Positions 39,621 to 53,090 of a stretch of 64,000 nt of DNA are shown here, one piece after another. This stretch comes from Octopus sinensis (lineage: Eukaryota): contig NC_043006.1 in the NCBI RefSeq assembly GCF_006345805.1, forward strand, positions 46,748,001 through 46,812,000. Reading direction: 5' to 3'. Every line of letters begins with the position of its first letter. Within the stretch, counting starts at the first letter, position 1. The notes under the pieces were generated by a model. That model was not told where the DNA came from and searched no databases. It was given only the letters and a program-made list of their open reading frames with translations. Made by a program: the position numbers and the translations under genes.

Positions 39621-40374
39621 TTTTTTCCACGCACTAGACGATGGTCAATCCAGCTCTCTGCTCCTCTCATGGTCCTAACGCGAGAAACATCTTTTATATC
39701 ACGTTTTCTGATCAAAATATAATCTGTGAGATGCACCTCGGGTTCATCCAGGTAGTTTTATATATATGTTTTCTACCTAAACAGTGCGTTGGTAACAACA
39801 AGATTATTCTCAGTACAGAACGTCAAAAGAGCTACTCCATTTTATTAAATTTTCTAATCCCATGCCGGCCAAAAACAGGATATGAAAGGTAGGGCAAACG
39901 TTAAGATCATTATAGGGGATATGTAAATAAAGAAGAAAATGAACTAGTAAATAAAGGGTGAGGAGAAATAGACTATGATATAAGTGGCACGAGGCCACTT
40001 GTAGCCTTCTGCAACTTTTCAACGTAACATAAATAAGAATAAAATAAATGGACAAATATCAGTCAAACTGCAGTAATAGTTTGTAGTTAAGGGGAGACAA
40101 CTAGTACAGGAGGTCACTGCTAGATGAACTATCTACAAAACCATAATGCTGAAACTTGCATCATATGGCCAGTAAAATTCCAAGTGGTGGCAATAATGGA
40201 CTAACAAGTATATGTGTACGTATTCCTTAAGTAAATTCTGCCCCATAGGTACACGAAAGTGCAAAAGCCCAAAATCACAAATATTTCAGCGATTAAAATT
40301 TAAAATTAAGGGATACCATTATCCCTTAGTCGGTTACTATAATCCCTAACTCTGCTTACCATATAAATATATAT

Positions 40375-40439
<65 letters not shown>

Positions 40440-41388
40440 CACACAGACGGGTACACAAGCAAAAATAAAAATGGTGATGGGTATTAAATACTCGATACAT
40501 AGCAATTTCCCTGTACCGAATCGGCAGATTTCAGTGTTAAAGCAAAGTACGTCTTTACATTACATAATATAAGTTTGTTCGTGTTTTGTTTTTTTCTTTT
40601 CTGATTACATCCATTCAGAATAATTGTATTCATTGTAAGCAAAAGGACCTGACCTTGAAAATCGTTAAGACGTCAAAATTACTTCAAGTCTGATTTCGTA
40701 TATTAAGATAAAAATGTTCTCTCATTTCTGTCGGAATTATTTCCTTGCCTATTACGCAAAACAATTTCTATAATACTAAAAGTGGAATTAGTGCCGAATC
40801 AAATATAAAACAACAACAGAAACAACAAAAAAAAAACACGATTTTATTTCTCTTTGCTTCCATGCAATTATCATCTTACAGGGGCATTTTATCTACTTAA
40901 CGTATTGGAATTTTATTGCTCAGACAATATTAATTGTTAATTTCGTGGAGGGATGGTTAATATATGTGAATGAATTCTAACATATTGAGATAGAATAACA
41001 CATGATTTTGTGGTTTCTCTCAGTATTTTTTATGTTTTGTTTGAAGTTTCCAAAATATAATCAAGCACAGCTTTAGGCGCTTTGGATATACACTATACCA
41101 TGATCATTGCTGTTATTCTGTGTAATATAGTTATATTATTTCCTAGATGGTATGTTATCGCATGTTACATCTGCCTGTAATTTTTTGTACATTTGCTAAT
41201 GGCGTCCCAGATATTTTATTTATATTCAGTACATGAAATTAGGAGCTTTATTTGCAATCTCTTTATTATACTTCTTCATACTATCTGGAGAGTTCCTGCC
41301 AATCGTTTGCAAAGACATAGTCGTCAGTAGGTAGATCTAAACACCGTCTTGATCTTTATACAGCGAAGAACTAGGAAACATTTTACCC

Positions 41389-41455
<67 letters not shown>

Positions 41456-41479
41456 ATATATATATATATAAGTACACAT

Positions 41480-41526
<47 letters not shown>

Positions 41527-41922
41527 GGCGCAGGTGTGACTGTGTAGAAAGTATCTTGCTTACGAACCACATGGTTCCGACTTCAGTCCTACTGCGTGGC
41601 ACCTTGGGCAAGTGTCTTCTACTATAGCATCGGGCTGACCAAAGCCTTGTAAGTAGATATGGCAGACCGAACTGAAAGAAGCCCGCCGTATATATGTATA
41701 TATATGTATGTGTGTGTATATGTTTGTGTGCCTGTGTTTGCCCCCCACCAACATCACTTGACAACCGATGCAGGTGTGTTTCGTTCCTGTAACTTAACGG
41801 TTTGGCAAAATAGACCGATAGAATAAGTACTAAGCTTACAAAGAATAAGTCCTGGGGTCGATTTGCTCGACTAACGGCGTTGCTCCAGCATGGCTACAAT
41901 CAAATGACTGAAACAAGTAAAA
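41527..41922 (+). mobile_element. SINE family B, full length
   Basis: ggcgcaggtgtgactgtgt head, gcaccttgggcaagtgtcttct, tail ccagcatggctacaatcaaatgactgaaacaagtaaaa. Confidence 0.92.
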
Positions 41923-41940
41923 TACTATATTCTTTTATTC

Positions 41941-42150
41941 TTTCACTTGTTTCAGTCGTTTGAATGTGGTCATGCTGGAGCACCGCCTTTAGTCGATATT
42001 AATAAATCTGCCCCAGAACGTATTTTTTGTAAGTCTAGTATTTATTCTATCGTAGTCTTTTGGCGAACCACAAAGTTACGGGGACGTAAACACACCACCA
42101 TCAGTTGTTGATCGATGTTGGTGGGATAAACAGACACACAAGTATACACA
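41941..42150 (-). mobile_element. SINE family B 3' half, tail-to-tail with the previous copy
   Basis: tttcacttgtttcagtcgtttgaatgtggtcatgctggagcaccgcctttagtcga...gttacggggacgtaaacacacc. Confidence 0.88.
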
Positions 42151-42236
42151 CACGCACACACACACACAGACATATATGTATATATACATACATACATATA
42201 TATATGTATGTATATATGTATACATATGTATATCTG

Positions 42237-42270
<34 letters not shown>

Positions 42271-42390
42271 GATAGATAGATGGACACACACATATATATA
42301 TATATACACATATGTATATATGTATGCATATATATATATTTATATGTTTGTTGTGTATCTCTCTATCTATCTTTCTGTGTGTCTATATGT

Positions 42391-42435
<45 letters not shown>

Positions 42436-42436
42436 C

Positions 42437-42478
<42 letters not shown>

Positions 42479-43002
42479 ATATATATTTGCGTACACACAT
42501 ACTACTGTTGCATTCGTTACTCCGGGTTTACGCGCACACACCCTCTGTGTTCCTCTTGTGTGCTTTATCTGCATATTGTACCTGTGTCTATCTGCATACA
42601 CTCTGTTTCTGATTATTTTCTGTATCATTAAGGGATTTGTTTAATCTTTACTCTTAATAGAGTAAAGAATCCTTTGTACTTTTAATTAAATTAAATTGAA
42701 AAAAAAATACTACCATGTTCTTATTTACCTCACATGCATCAGCCTACAGATATACTCTTCCTATCATCCACATCAATTATACTAATGTGCGAAAGATGAT
42801 GATGCAAGAGAGAATAATCCGTCTTTCCTGACTGACTGATTCTAATATTCTAATATTATTTAGACTGTGTAGAATATGGTGAGCGGGCTTGGAAAATTTC
42901 TCAGCGGGCATTTCGTCGCGCCCTGACATCTAAATTCAATTTCCATAGAAGTCGACTTTACATTTTACACTTCCGTAGACGATTGGAGTGGCTGTTCATA
43001 TA

Positions 43003-43168
43003 GGCGTAGGAGTGGCTGTGTGGTAAGGAGCTTGCTTACCAAGCGCATGGTTCCGGGTTCAGTCCCACTGCATGGCACCTTGGGCAAGTGTCTTCTACTA
43101 TAGCCTTGGGCCGAACAAAGCCTTGTGAGTGGATCTGTTAGACGGAAACTGAATGAAGCCCGTCATAC

Positions 43169-43204
<36 letters not shown>

Positions 43205-43426
43205 ATATATATACGTCTGGGTGTGTGTGTGTGTGTGTGTATGTTTGTGTGTCTGTTTGTCCTCCCAATATCGCTTGACAACCGATGCTGGTGTGTTTAC
43301 ATTCGCAAAAGAAACCGATAGATTAAGTACTAGGCTTGCAAAGAATAAGTCCTGGGGTTAATGTGCCCGACTAAAGGCGGTGCTCCAGCATGGCCACAGT
43401 CAAATGACTGAAAGAAGTAAAAGAGT
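43003..43426 (+). mobile_element. SINE family B, full length
   Basis: Same head, CORE-like block and tail as the other B copies. Confidence 0.92.
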
Positions 43427-45421
43427 GGAATACTGTAATCGCCGTACCCTCTCACCTGAAATTCCTGTATTTGTGCCACAATTTGAAGCCAATCTTATGT
43501 AGAAAGTGTCGAAAATTCTACAAAAAAATCTCGGCATTTTGTGTTGCATCCCTGAAGTGGTTTGCACAAAAGTATGTGTAGTTGTAATGCCAAGCAAACA
43601 GCTGCTAACATGTGAGTATATTTGTGGTTTTGCTGAGTAAAGAATTACATTGAAGGGAAAAAAGAAACAAAATATAAAAACATTTTCTTAAGAAGATACA
43701 AGTAGAAAACCACGGTTGATTCACAATTTAAACGGAGATAAGTATAGTTTGAAACCAGTGATCCGTGTGTAACAACTGTGAATTTTCATTGTAAACACAT
43801 TTGTTATTCTCATCTACAATTTCCGCTTCTTCGCCCAAATTTTCTAAATTGTAATGGAATACCACCTGCAGCGTTTGCCGAAAGAGTTTTCAATAGAACG
43901 GCTCACTTAACTTCATTAACGATGAGCCGCTTCGAAGGAAATATATCACCTGATGTGCACTGATGCCTCGTATAAATATTCAATAAGAAATATTCTTCGT
44001 ATAGAAGTGTGTTATGTTTAACAAGTGTTCAATTCTTGGTTTGCAGTCACACAAGTAGCTATGTTAACATAGACCAACAATAGGAATATGATAAGCAAAT
44101 GTAATAATAAAGAAATTAGAAATCTATCCCTAAATATCAAGCCCATTAAGGGAATTCAGAATTGTTTGATGCTGTCAAAATTCAGAGTTTAAAAGATTAT
44201 GAAAGGAATAAAGATAATAAATCTATATCTAAATATTTATTTATTTATTTAGGAATTATAGATGGTGATAGCTTCTCTTGTAATATATAAAAGCTGCAAT
44301 AGCAGTTCTGACGATTTCATGAAATTTAGGTGCCCGAACTCACGAATTGATACACTATGTCCACCGTATAATTCGAAGAAGCAAATACACAGTAGGAAAA
44401 TACTCAAAGTTTATGTACCATAGCTTTCCCCCATCAACTTTCAAACGCATATTTACAAAGGTCGTCGTATTGACTGAAACTGTAGACAGGCATATTAAAT
44501 AGCTTAGGATAATAAACCATAACATTATATATTCTAATATCAAATATCACCGTGATTGCTTTTGTCACAGGACGTCGTCTTTTCGGGATAATCCAACAAA
44601 TGCTACGCAAGTACTGGGCCGGAATAATCGACTATACCAACAACCAAAATTTTCTAACCGTGCATCAATGATGTATTGTATGAGTAATTTGCAGCTCGTA
44701 GATTGCGGTACTTTTCTGGGAAGTATGGAGACATCTTTGGGTCACAGAAATGTTGCATCTTTTTAAACAGTAACAGGTATCGTGTAATTCCGTAAAGTGA
44801 AACGCAATTCTCATTGACTTTCGTGTTCATTATCAACTTAACATAGAAATCGAAGGGAAATATTTTCCACATTATGGCGAGATTTTTCAGTACGCTGGGG
44901 AACTGATTTTGTCATTAGCAATAATGAAATAATTGGAATTAAGTGAAATAATTGTTGATAGTAAGAGCTGATACCCAATTGACTAAGGTGTGCGTATCCA
45001 TGGGAAAGGAGCTTGTGTGTCTATGCCCATGTCGTCGTTCACGTGGGTAATGTTCCTCTTAAAACGTTACGAATCGAAATTGCAGGGATATTACGTGTCA
45101 TATTCTGACTGACCGAAAAAACATAGTTATCAGTGTTAGGGTTATTACGATACCCTTAAAATAAATACGATTTAGATACAGTTATGAATCAAACTTAAAT
45201 ACAATTCAGATACAGTTATAAAACAATATCTGTTCGTAATAAAAATTAAGTTGAAGTTCAGTTACAGATTCCAGAAATAAACTTACATTAGGTCACATAT
45301 GTGACTAGAACAATTAGTATTCTTTTCATAATAGAAATTACTAATGACTGTCATTACAATTTTCTGTTTTGTTTATTTTTGTGTTTCGCAGATGCAGTTA
45401 ATTACGCAATAAAGGTGGCTT

Positions 45422-46730
45422 ATGGAAGAAAGAAAGGAAGAAAAAATAGAATGTCCTGTGGTTTCCTTACACAATGCAAATATTGTGAGAAATTTTCTAA
45501 CTCCATATTTTGATGGAGATTTGATTTCTGATATGGGAGATAGAAAATTTAGCCTGTTATTCGATCAATCCAATGATATATCAATAAACAAGTCGTTAGG
45601 AATTGTTATGATATATTATAGTGACACTCAAAAAAAAGTGGTACATACATATCACAGTAAGGTATCTTTAGAAACGTGTGATGCAGATGGCATTGTAGAA
45701 ACCTTAAAAATAGATTTACTGGCTATAGATTTACTGGCTATAGGAAACGACAATGCTAGAGTAATGATAGGAGTCAACAATGGTGTTTTCCATAAATTAA
45801 AAGAAATTCCATCATTACTTCTATTTATATGTGTATGTCATTCTTTACAGTTGGCTGACTGCTTGCCCATAAATTTAGAATTTTTAGTATCCGAAACCTT
45901 GTGCTGACTGCTTGCCCATAAATTTAGAATTTTTAGTACCCGAAACCAATAAATGGTACTTTCATTCTTCAACAAGACAAAGTGCCTACAAACAACTTTA
46001 CCTTGCTATCACTGATAAAGAGCTCAAGCACCATTTGCCAGGAAATATTAATATACAGAGGAATATGAACTGCTATTTAATTACAGAATATTTTGCAGCA
46101 TTTCAAAGAGGCGATTTTACCTGTCTTAGAAGCAATGAATTTAAATGAAGAAAAAACTGCTTCAATTGAAATTCAGTTTAATAGCATTCATTTAGTTAAA
46201 TGGACAAATACGTCTTATACTGAGACATTCTGCCTGGAAGTCTTGGAATATAAAGAGATGTTGCAAATTTTGCCATTAAGCTACTGATATTGCCAAACTC
46301 AAATAGAGAAGTTGAACGGTTGTTCAGTAGTACGAGTGTAATGAAATCGAAATTGAAAAACAAAATGCATCTTCCTATACTTAGATCCATATTGTCTATA
46401 AGATATGGCCTGAAAAGATGTGGTAAATATTGCAAAAACTTCAATATTCCAAAACACATAATTAACAAGGTTAGGACCTGAATGTATACAGAATTCAAGA
46501 CCTAGGTACTGCAGCTGAAAGTGATCAAATCAGTGAAATTCAAGAAATTATTTATCAATGCTGAATGTAATTAAAGAAACTAAATAAAAATGTAAATAAA
46601 AGTTAAGCTTTTTGATATAATTAGTCTTTAGCATTTTTTGTCATATTTAGCATTTTTTTTTTTAGCATTTGGGGGTATTTTCTTCTACTGAAATTTAGCA
46701 TAAAGTTCTGATTTTAAGTTGGCATCACTG
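45422..46730 (+). mobile_element. hAT-superfamily transposon remnant (transposase fragments + right TIR)
   Basis: FSLLFDQSNDIS (DESTD motif), AIGNDNARVMIG (TDNA motif), ICVCHSLQLA (CxxH), LPNSNREVERLFS (hATC dimerisation motif). Subterminal tttagcattt repeats; terminus aagttggcatcactg (reverse complement CAGTGATGCCAAC) ending at 46730. Contains internal 49-bp and 15-bp tandem duplications. Confidence 0.88.
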
Positions 46731-46744
46731 CGTCGGACTCTACT

Positions 46745-47420
46745 GTGCAAGCGCCCACAGTCTTAACGTTCTAACTCACTTCCGCTGTTTACAGGAGTGC
46801 TTGGATAGAAGGAGTGGAGAGTGTGATCGTCGCATCAATCATAAACTTGCGCAGAGAATCTGTATCAAATTTGCCAAAAGCTTCGTGATACCTGCTCAGA
46901 TGCTTACGGAAATTTTCCAAAAATTTTCATTATTCTCGACACAATCAAGGAGATCTTGTGCAATTCAAACTCGAGTGTCTTTTTGGTTAGCTGAAAGCAG
47001 TTATGGCACAAACTTGGCTGATATGCGTCTCATATCAAAATCATCAGCGATACTGAAATGAACTGAACCGTAATTAATCTGCGCATTTGATGATTCGACG
47101 ATTTCCTCTCACAGCTGCACACACATCTGCGATCGATATTTGTCTCAGTTTTTCTGGTTGTTTGTCTCTCAGAACATTCGTCAATATCGACATTTTTTCG
47201 TCCATCTTGGAAACGTCTGAGCTACTCGTACACTTGTGTGCGGCTCAAACACTCCTCTCCATACACTTTCTTCAACATTCCGTTGGCCTATGAGCAGGTA
47301 TCACCATAACAACTTTCTCTGTCATGGTCAATGAGACGATCACATACTACACACGCTTCTTCAGAGCATTGATGTAAACAACTGTAGCGTGCTAGAATAT
47401 TAAAACATAATGCGCATACA
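46745..47420. mobile_element. Two mariner left ends facing each other around a transposase N-terminal fragment
   Basis: Plus: QRICIKF-QKLRDTCSDAYG (46850-46912). Minus: GDTCS*ANGMLKKVYGEECLSRTQVYE..RRISAKFVP*LLS (46913-47310). Both share gtgatacctgctca, tgtgatcgtc and tgtttaca. Confidence 0.8.
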
Positions 47421-48112
47421 TAGCAGCATCAATATCTTTTTCTGCCAAGCAGCTTCACTCTGCGAGTTTTAGCTTCGTTACTATGACATCAATCCGAATA
47501 CTTATTGATCTGACCTAGTATAGTAAAGGCGTCTGAAAAAGTTTTGCTTTACATGTATGTATTGGTATCTATTGCAAGAAATAGCATAGCTTTCTTTCTC
47601 TAACATTTTATATATAGTTCAATGTACACAAATTAATGTGTGAAAAACAAAATAGGACATTTGAAAGAAGTTTCTATAAAACTAGTTTTACAACATCGAA
47701 TAGCTATGGGGGTCCATCAGAATAGAATAGTAATTAAAGGACTCCATAGATAAAAAGTGACTGAGATACCCTGATTTAAATCTTCGTCTTTTCTCTCAAT
47801 CTCTGTTTTCCTCTTCATGGTCCATGTTGGAGTAAAAGTGATTTCTCCAATTTAAAGACGAAATGACATTTTCCAATAATTGAAATTAGCCCATTCATTT
47901 GGATAGTAAGAACTAGAAATTATTACGTGTAAGTGAAGATAAATGGTAATTTCTTTTTTGTATTTCGTTCTAAGTGGTTTTATTTTCGTTATGACTAGCG
48001 TAATTCTGCAAGAATAAAAATGTACATGTAGTAGTGGCACAACTTATCTAGAAGTGTTAAACTAATGAATAATTTCCGACCGAAAATTTCTGTTTATAAT
48101 TTTGTATTCTAA

Positions 48113-48418
48113 AGTGGCGATCTAGCAGAATCGTTAGTTCGCCGGGCAAAATGCTTGCAGCTTTTTGTTCGTCTTTCCATTCTGGGTTCAAATGCCGCCA
48201 GGGTCGACTTGGTTTTTATATTTTCGGAATCGATAAAATAAGTACCGTTCGATCACCGGAGGTCGATTTTGTTGACTTAGCCCTTCCCTCAAAACTGATG
48301 GCCTTGTACCTAAATATGAAACCGATATTTCTGTATTCCGTATTCCAAGGCGGTGAGCAACCAGATTCGTTGGCACGCCGGCCAGCAACTTAGCGGCATT
48401 TTGTCTGTCTTTACGTTG
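48113..48418 (+). mobile_element. Diverged SINE family A (A2 tail, 48113-48326) followed by a second head fragment (48348-48418)
   Basis: tagcagaatcgttagttcgccggg..gggttcaaatgccgcc..gatggccttgtacctaaa; then aaggcggtgagc..gcacgccgg. Confidence 0.78.
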
Positions 48419-48543
48419 AAAGACTGCTTGGTCCCACTTTGTCTCTCCTCATTTCGGCGTCTATAAAACACTGGAATTCATGGTTGATGCAATTGACAAC
48501 TCTCACCCACAAAATTGCTGTTTTCCAGACTAAGAGGATTATA

Positions 48544-48855
48544 CGAAAAACGATAAACGTCGCCCTTTCCAAGCCTATCCAGGCTCATGGGAACGGTTTC
48601 CCGGTTTCTGTGGCGTATGTGTTACCCCAGCTGGATGGGACGCCAGTCCATCGTAGCGTTACTCAAGAAACAAGAAGAGAGAGTGTGAGCGAAAGAGTAC
48701 AAAAGGGGTCACAACCACCCACTGCCGGAGCCTTGTGGAACTTTTTAAGTGCTTTCGCTCAATAAACACTCGCAACGCCCGGTGTGGGAATCGAAACTGC
48801 AATCCTCCGACCGCGAGTCCGCTGCCCTAACCACTAGGCCATTGCGCCTCCACTC
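48544..48855 (-). mobile_element. SINE family C, tail type C2, full length with 12-bp TSD
   Basis: Head gtggaggcgcaatggcctagtggttagggcagcggac (A box tggcctagtgg); TSD aagaggattata at 48532-48543 and 48856-48867. Confidence 0.9.
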
Positions 48856-50897
48856 AAGAGGATTATAGGTCAACAACTATTGTTATGTTTATTTACATTA
48901 TTTTTTAGTTCTTAATTCTTTTATGTTTATAATTCAAATTTCACCAAAGTTGCCTTAGCATTTTCACTCCCCCAAGTGTAATAAAATACATACCAATTTA
49001 TTTTTCTTACAACTATAATAGATACATTGTCTTTAAAATTTTGCTATCCTATAATTTTTAGAAGTGTACACTTCAAGTAATTCCTTGTTTTACAGCGGTT
49101 TTTAAACATCGTAGCAGCTATATGTACGCCATGTGAAAATTAAAGGAGGCGTCAGAATGTTGAAGAAACTGTCTTGCACAAATTTCCCCCAGCTCTTCGC
49201 ATGTTGATTTTACATCCCGCTGTATTCATCTTTGATTTTCATCCTTTCGGGATCAATAATCAGCTCAATAGTTATCTTTACTTTTTTCACCCCCATCTTT
49301 CTTTTCTGAGAAAAAGAAAATTAGGCTATATACACACTTGTAGAGAGATGCGCTTCCCTAAACTTAAAATGATAAAAGTGTATTATATCATAATGGTATT
49401 TTTATAATTCTATCAGAAGTAGGTGGTAAGCAAATATATGACCGACGTAAATGGAATGATAACATTATTGTTTAAGATCATTCGCAGCACGTCACCACGC
49501 TCCAAGACGAAGGAATAGGTTACGGCACAAGTAGACATACCGTTGGTTAATATGAGTGGAATGTTCTTTTCATTTCTGTATTTCTTTTTTAAAACTTAAG
49601 CGATTCCTAATTCGACTAAAGGATCTACCGGGGTGGGTGGATGAATATCTACTTCATTGGAACCCCTCCTTTTTTAACTTGTGGAAACTTTCAATGAATT
49701 CTTGACCTAACACTCGCATTAAGCAACTGTATTCTTACTTTTCCCACCTCTATCTAAAGAAACTGTTGATGTCACTGCGTTGTTAAATAGGTATTAAAAT
49801 ATATATTATGTTAATAGATAAGGAAAATATATCTAAAACACGAATGGACAATATGAACTTCCTTCCTCTTTCGTAACGAAAATGGTATTTGATAATTCTG
49901 TCGACGAGGATTAGGTTGGAAGACATTTGCAGAGAAAATTTATTCATTTTTCTATATTGTTTGAACCGGTATAGAATGCTCTGTGTCTCCTAGCACAGGA
50001 AACACCAGGCCTTCTGTTGAATTAAATTGTTGGAAACATTATGCGCCCTCCACTATGTTATGTTAAAACCCTACGAAACTACTATTATACTTTCTAAAGC
50101 ATAGCTACTTCTCCTTTAGCCATTTATATAGGCAGATTGGCGAAGGGGATGTAAATCTAATAAGCAACGGAAGTGTAAATCAAAAATAAGGTCAGATGAT
50201 ATACGATGTTTTAGATATTATAAAATATATCGTTATATACTGACAGGTATCATTATGTTGCTGATATCCATTTACAATTGATTTGGATAACAGGTCGGTT
50301 ACTGGACTTTAAAACTCCCAGAGGTAAGCACATTTATTATTTAGACAATGTGAAAATGCTTGCAGAGCAAATAATCGATAATAATGAATAATAATGACTG
50401 TTGCAAAGGTGTGATTTCCTGAGCACGCGTGTCCAAGATGTGGTTTCAGTTCCATGGGGAAACGATTTTTAGTACATTTACATTGATCATAATTTCTTTC
50501 CCTCTCTCTGTCTCTCTCTCTCTCTCTTTGCTCTCTTTCTCTTCTTTCTCTGTCTTAGTATACATACATTCATAGATACGTATGTATGGAAGAATCAAGA
50601 AATGTTCTGCCATTTCGAAAGCAATATCTAAATCATCTTTGGAGAGATCTGATAATATGCTAGTTAGCTGAAACTTCAAAATATGTTTGGTGTCCAACAA
50701 AACGATATTACTTCTGTGGCGATTTTCAACTTCAGCGAATTAAATCTCCATTTGGGTACTTGAGTAGAATCTACATGTATTTTGGTTAAGTGACGGCATA
50801 TTAAAAACTACAGAAGGTTTGATATGAATGACTAGCATATGATCGAATGGATTGGAAAATGGGAAAAATTTTGCTATATTTAATAAAGGTAAAAGAT

Positions 50898-51233
50898 AAA
50901 GAAACCTTTCGGTCATGAATAACCGTAGGATTGCACCTAGAAAGTTCTTCTCCGAGGCACAGGTCTGGGCAAGGTTGTTTATGGAAGACCAGCAGTCGCA
51001 CATGCATACCAGACTTCCCTCTCCGTGCCACCGATACTATCCAAGGGAAAAGCAGAGGTTGACACAGCTTCACACCAGTGACGTTGCAACTCATTTCTAG
51101 AGATGAGCGAACTAGAGTAACGTGAAAATAAAGTGTCTTGTTTAAGAACACAACACAGCCTGGTCCAGGAATCGAACTCAGTACCTTATGATTGTGAGCC
51201 CGACGCTCTAACAACTGAGCCATGCGCCTTCAC
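50898..51233 (-). mobile_element. SINE family D, full length
   Basis: Head gtgaaggcgcatggctcagttgttagagcg..gagttcgattcc (A and B boxes); CORE-like gtgttcttaaacaagacacttt. Confidence 0.88.
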
Positions 51234-51274
51234 TTCAGGGCAGATGATATGTGATTATCTGTATGTTGTATAAC

Positions 51275-51596
51275 GAAAGCGCACTGCTCAATGGTTAAAG
51301 TTCACAAACATGAGGTAGTGAGTTCGTTTCCCAGACCGGGCTGTGTGTTGTTTTCTTGAACAAGATATTTTATTTCACGTTGCTCCAGCTCAATCAGATG
51401 CCGAAATGAGTTGTGACGTCACTGGTGCCAAGTTGTATCGATCTCTGCCTTACTCTTGGGATAACATCAGTGGCGCGGAGAAGGGAAGGTGGTATGCATG
51501 GGTGACTGCTGGTCTTCCAGAAACAATTACGTGCCTCGAAGGGTAACTTTTTAGGTGCAATCCCATGGTCATTCATTGACCGAAGTGGGTCTTTTT
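51275..51596 (+). mobile_element. SINE family D, head-to-head with the previous copy
   Basis: gaaagcgcactgctcaatggttaaag..gagttcgtttcccagaccggg..aggtgcaatcccatggtcattcattgaccgaag. Confidence 0.86.
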
Positions 51597-52200
51597 CCCT
51601 AATATTTCCAATAACTAAGAGATAATCGGGATATTAGAATGTAAGAAACAAACTTAATTATCGATTGTTCGTAAACTGCTTGGTGGAATACACAGCCCAG
51701 CAAAGACAGTACCATGCAGCAAGAATGATAGTTCTCTTTAGCTTGCATCGTTGCATCAAAATTTCTTTGGGACTCTATCAAATATAAATACCACCATGCA
51801 CTGCGTGAGTCTAAAAGTAACGACCAATCATTAATGAGCTTCGGGAACTTTTTGGTTATATCATTCTCATTAAAAAATTGTGTTATCTCCCATGTTTTAC
51901 GAGAAATATCGGTATTTTTGTCATCACTCACAACTAAAAGGATTGCTTAACCCCCAAGAAAAGAAAAAGAAATGAAAAATTAATAAACATGAAATCTGAA
52001 AAAAATGAAACGTCTTATTGAATCTGATAACGTTTTTATAACAAATCATACTATGTCTATTGGAGGGGGCCAAAAGTCATCAATGTGAAAATGTAAGACG
52101 CAACGAAAATTTCAGAAAAAAAAGGAAGAAGTGGAAATTTTACCGGTGAGTGTGTTGAATTATAAGACACTCAAACAGAGTAACTCTCCCCAGACACAAC

Positions 52201-52250
<50 letters not shown>

Positions 52251-52599
52251 TCACACACAAGACTTCTTTCAGTTTCACAACTTCGTGGTCAGCTTCGATA
52301 GATAGATATGATTTTCCTTATATTATTGAGACATCTGATCTACATGCTACAGTCCTACTTATGCAAAATCTGTGTACCCAGATTGAAAGGAGAAACAGCA
52401 CGGCGAAAATCCCTCAAAATAAAATTATTTGAACGAATATACTGGGCAAGATAAATGGAACGCCTTGAAGAGAAGGATATAAAAATACAATAAAAGAATT
52501 AAAGGAGCTTTTAGTAGGCAAGAACTAAAGGAAAGTACGTAGATATCTAAGTAAACAACGATAAAAAGATGAAGGAAGAGTGAGAAGAAACATTTAATA

Positions 52600-53041
52600 A
52601 TACACTTCCTCCATCTTTCTCTTCATTCACCACTTAATTTATGTATTTCTTGTGTGTTTTCCATATTCTTTTTACCTACATTTATATATTTTCGTAATTT
52701 CTTAATGCTGTCCATTCTCCAGCTTAGTTGCCTTCTTATAAACCTACCTCTTTATTCTGCTCTACTCTTTCCGACATTATTTCCTCTGGCCTTTGTCAGT
52801 TTATTTTAACTTTTATTTTATTTTTGCCTATATTTATTTATACATTTCCTATATCTTTTTCGAAATCTTTATTGCCTTCCCTTTATTATTATTGTCTTTC
52901 TTTCGTTGTATCTTTTTATGTCTTCCTGTCAAGGTTCCTTTTCTTCTTTTACTCTTTTCTCTTATCATTATCCGAGCGTGCTTTCCATCGCTATCACTAT
53001 CTATTCCCTCGCCATTTTAGATTCGTTCTATTCTTCTACTC

Positions 53042-53090
<49 letters not shown>
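52600..53090. repeat. Pyrimidine-rich low-complexity tract ending in (CT)n
   Basis: Direct inspection; source of F/L/S-rich pseudo-ORFs. Confidence 0.8.

Noticed and set aside
43540-43625. Candidate host exons suggested by splice-like motifs (gtgagt at about 43612; also 63590-63655)
   Set aside because: No consistent open frame between acceptor and donor and no recognisable peptide.
51160-51233. tRNA-like sequences (also 48780-48853 and the SINE A/B heads)
   Set aside because: A and B boxes are present, but they run directly into SINE bodies and lack a proper acceptor stem, so they are SINE heads rather than tRNA genes.
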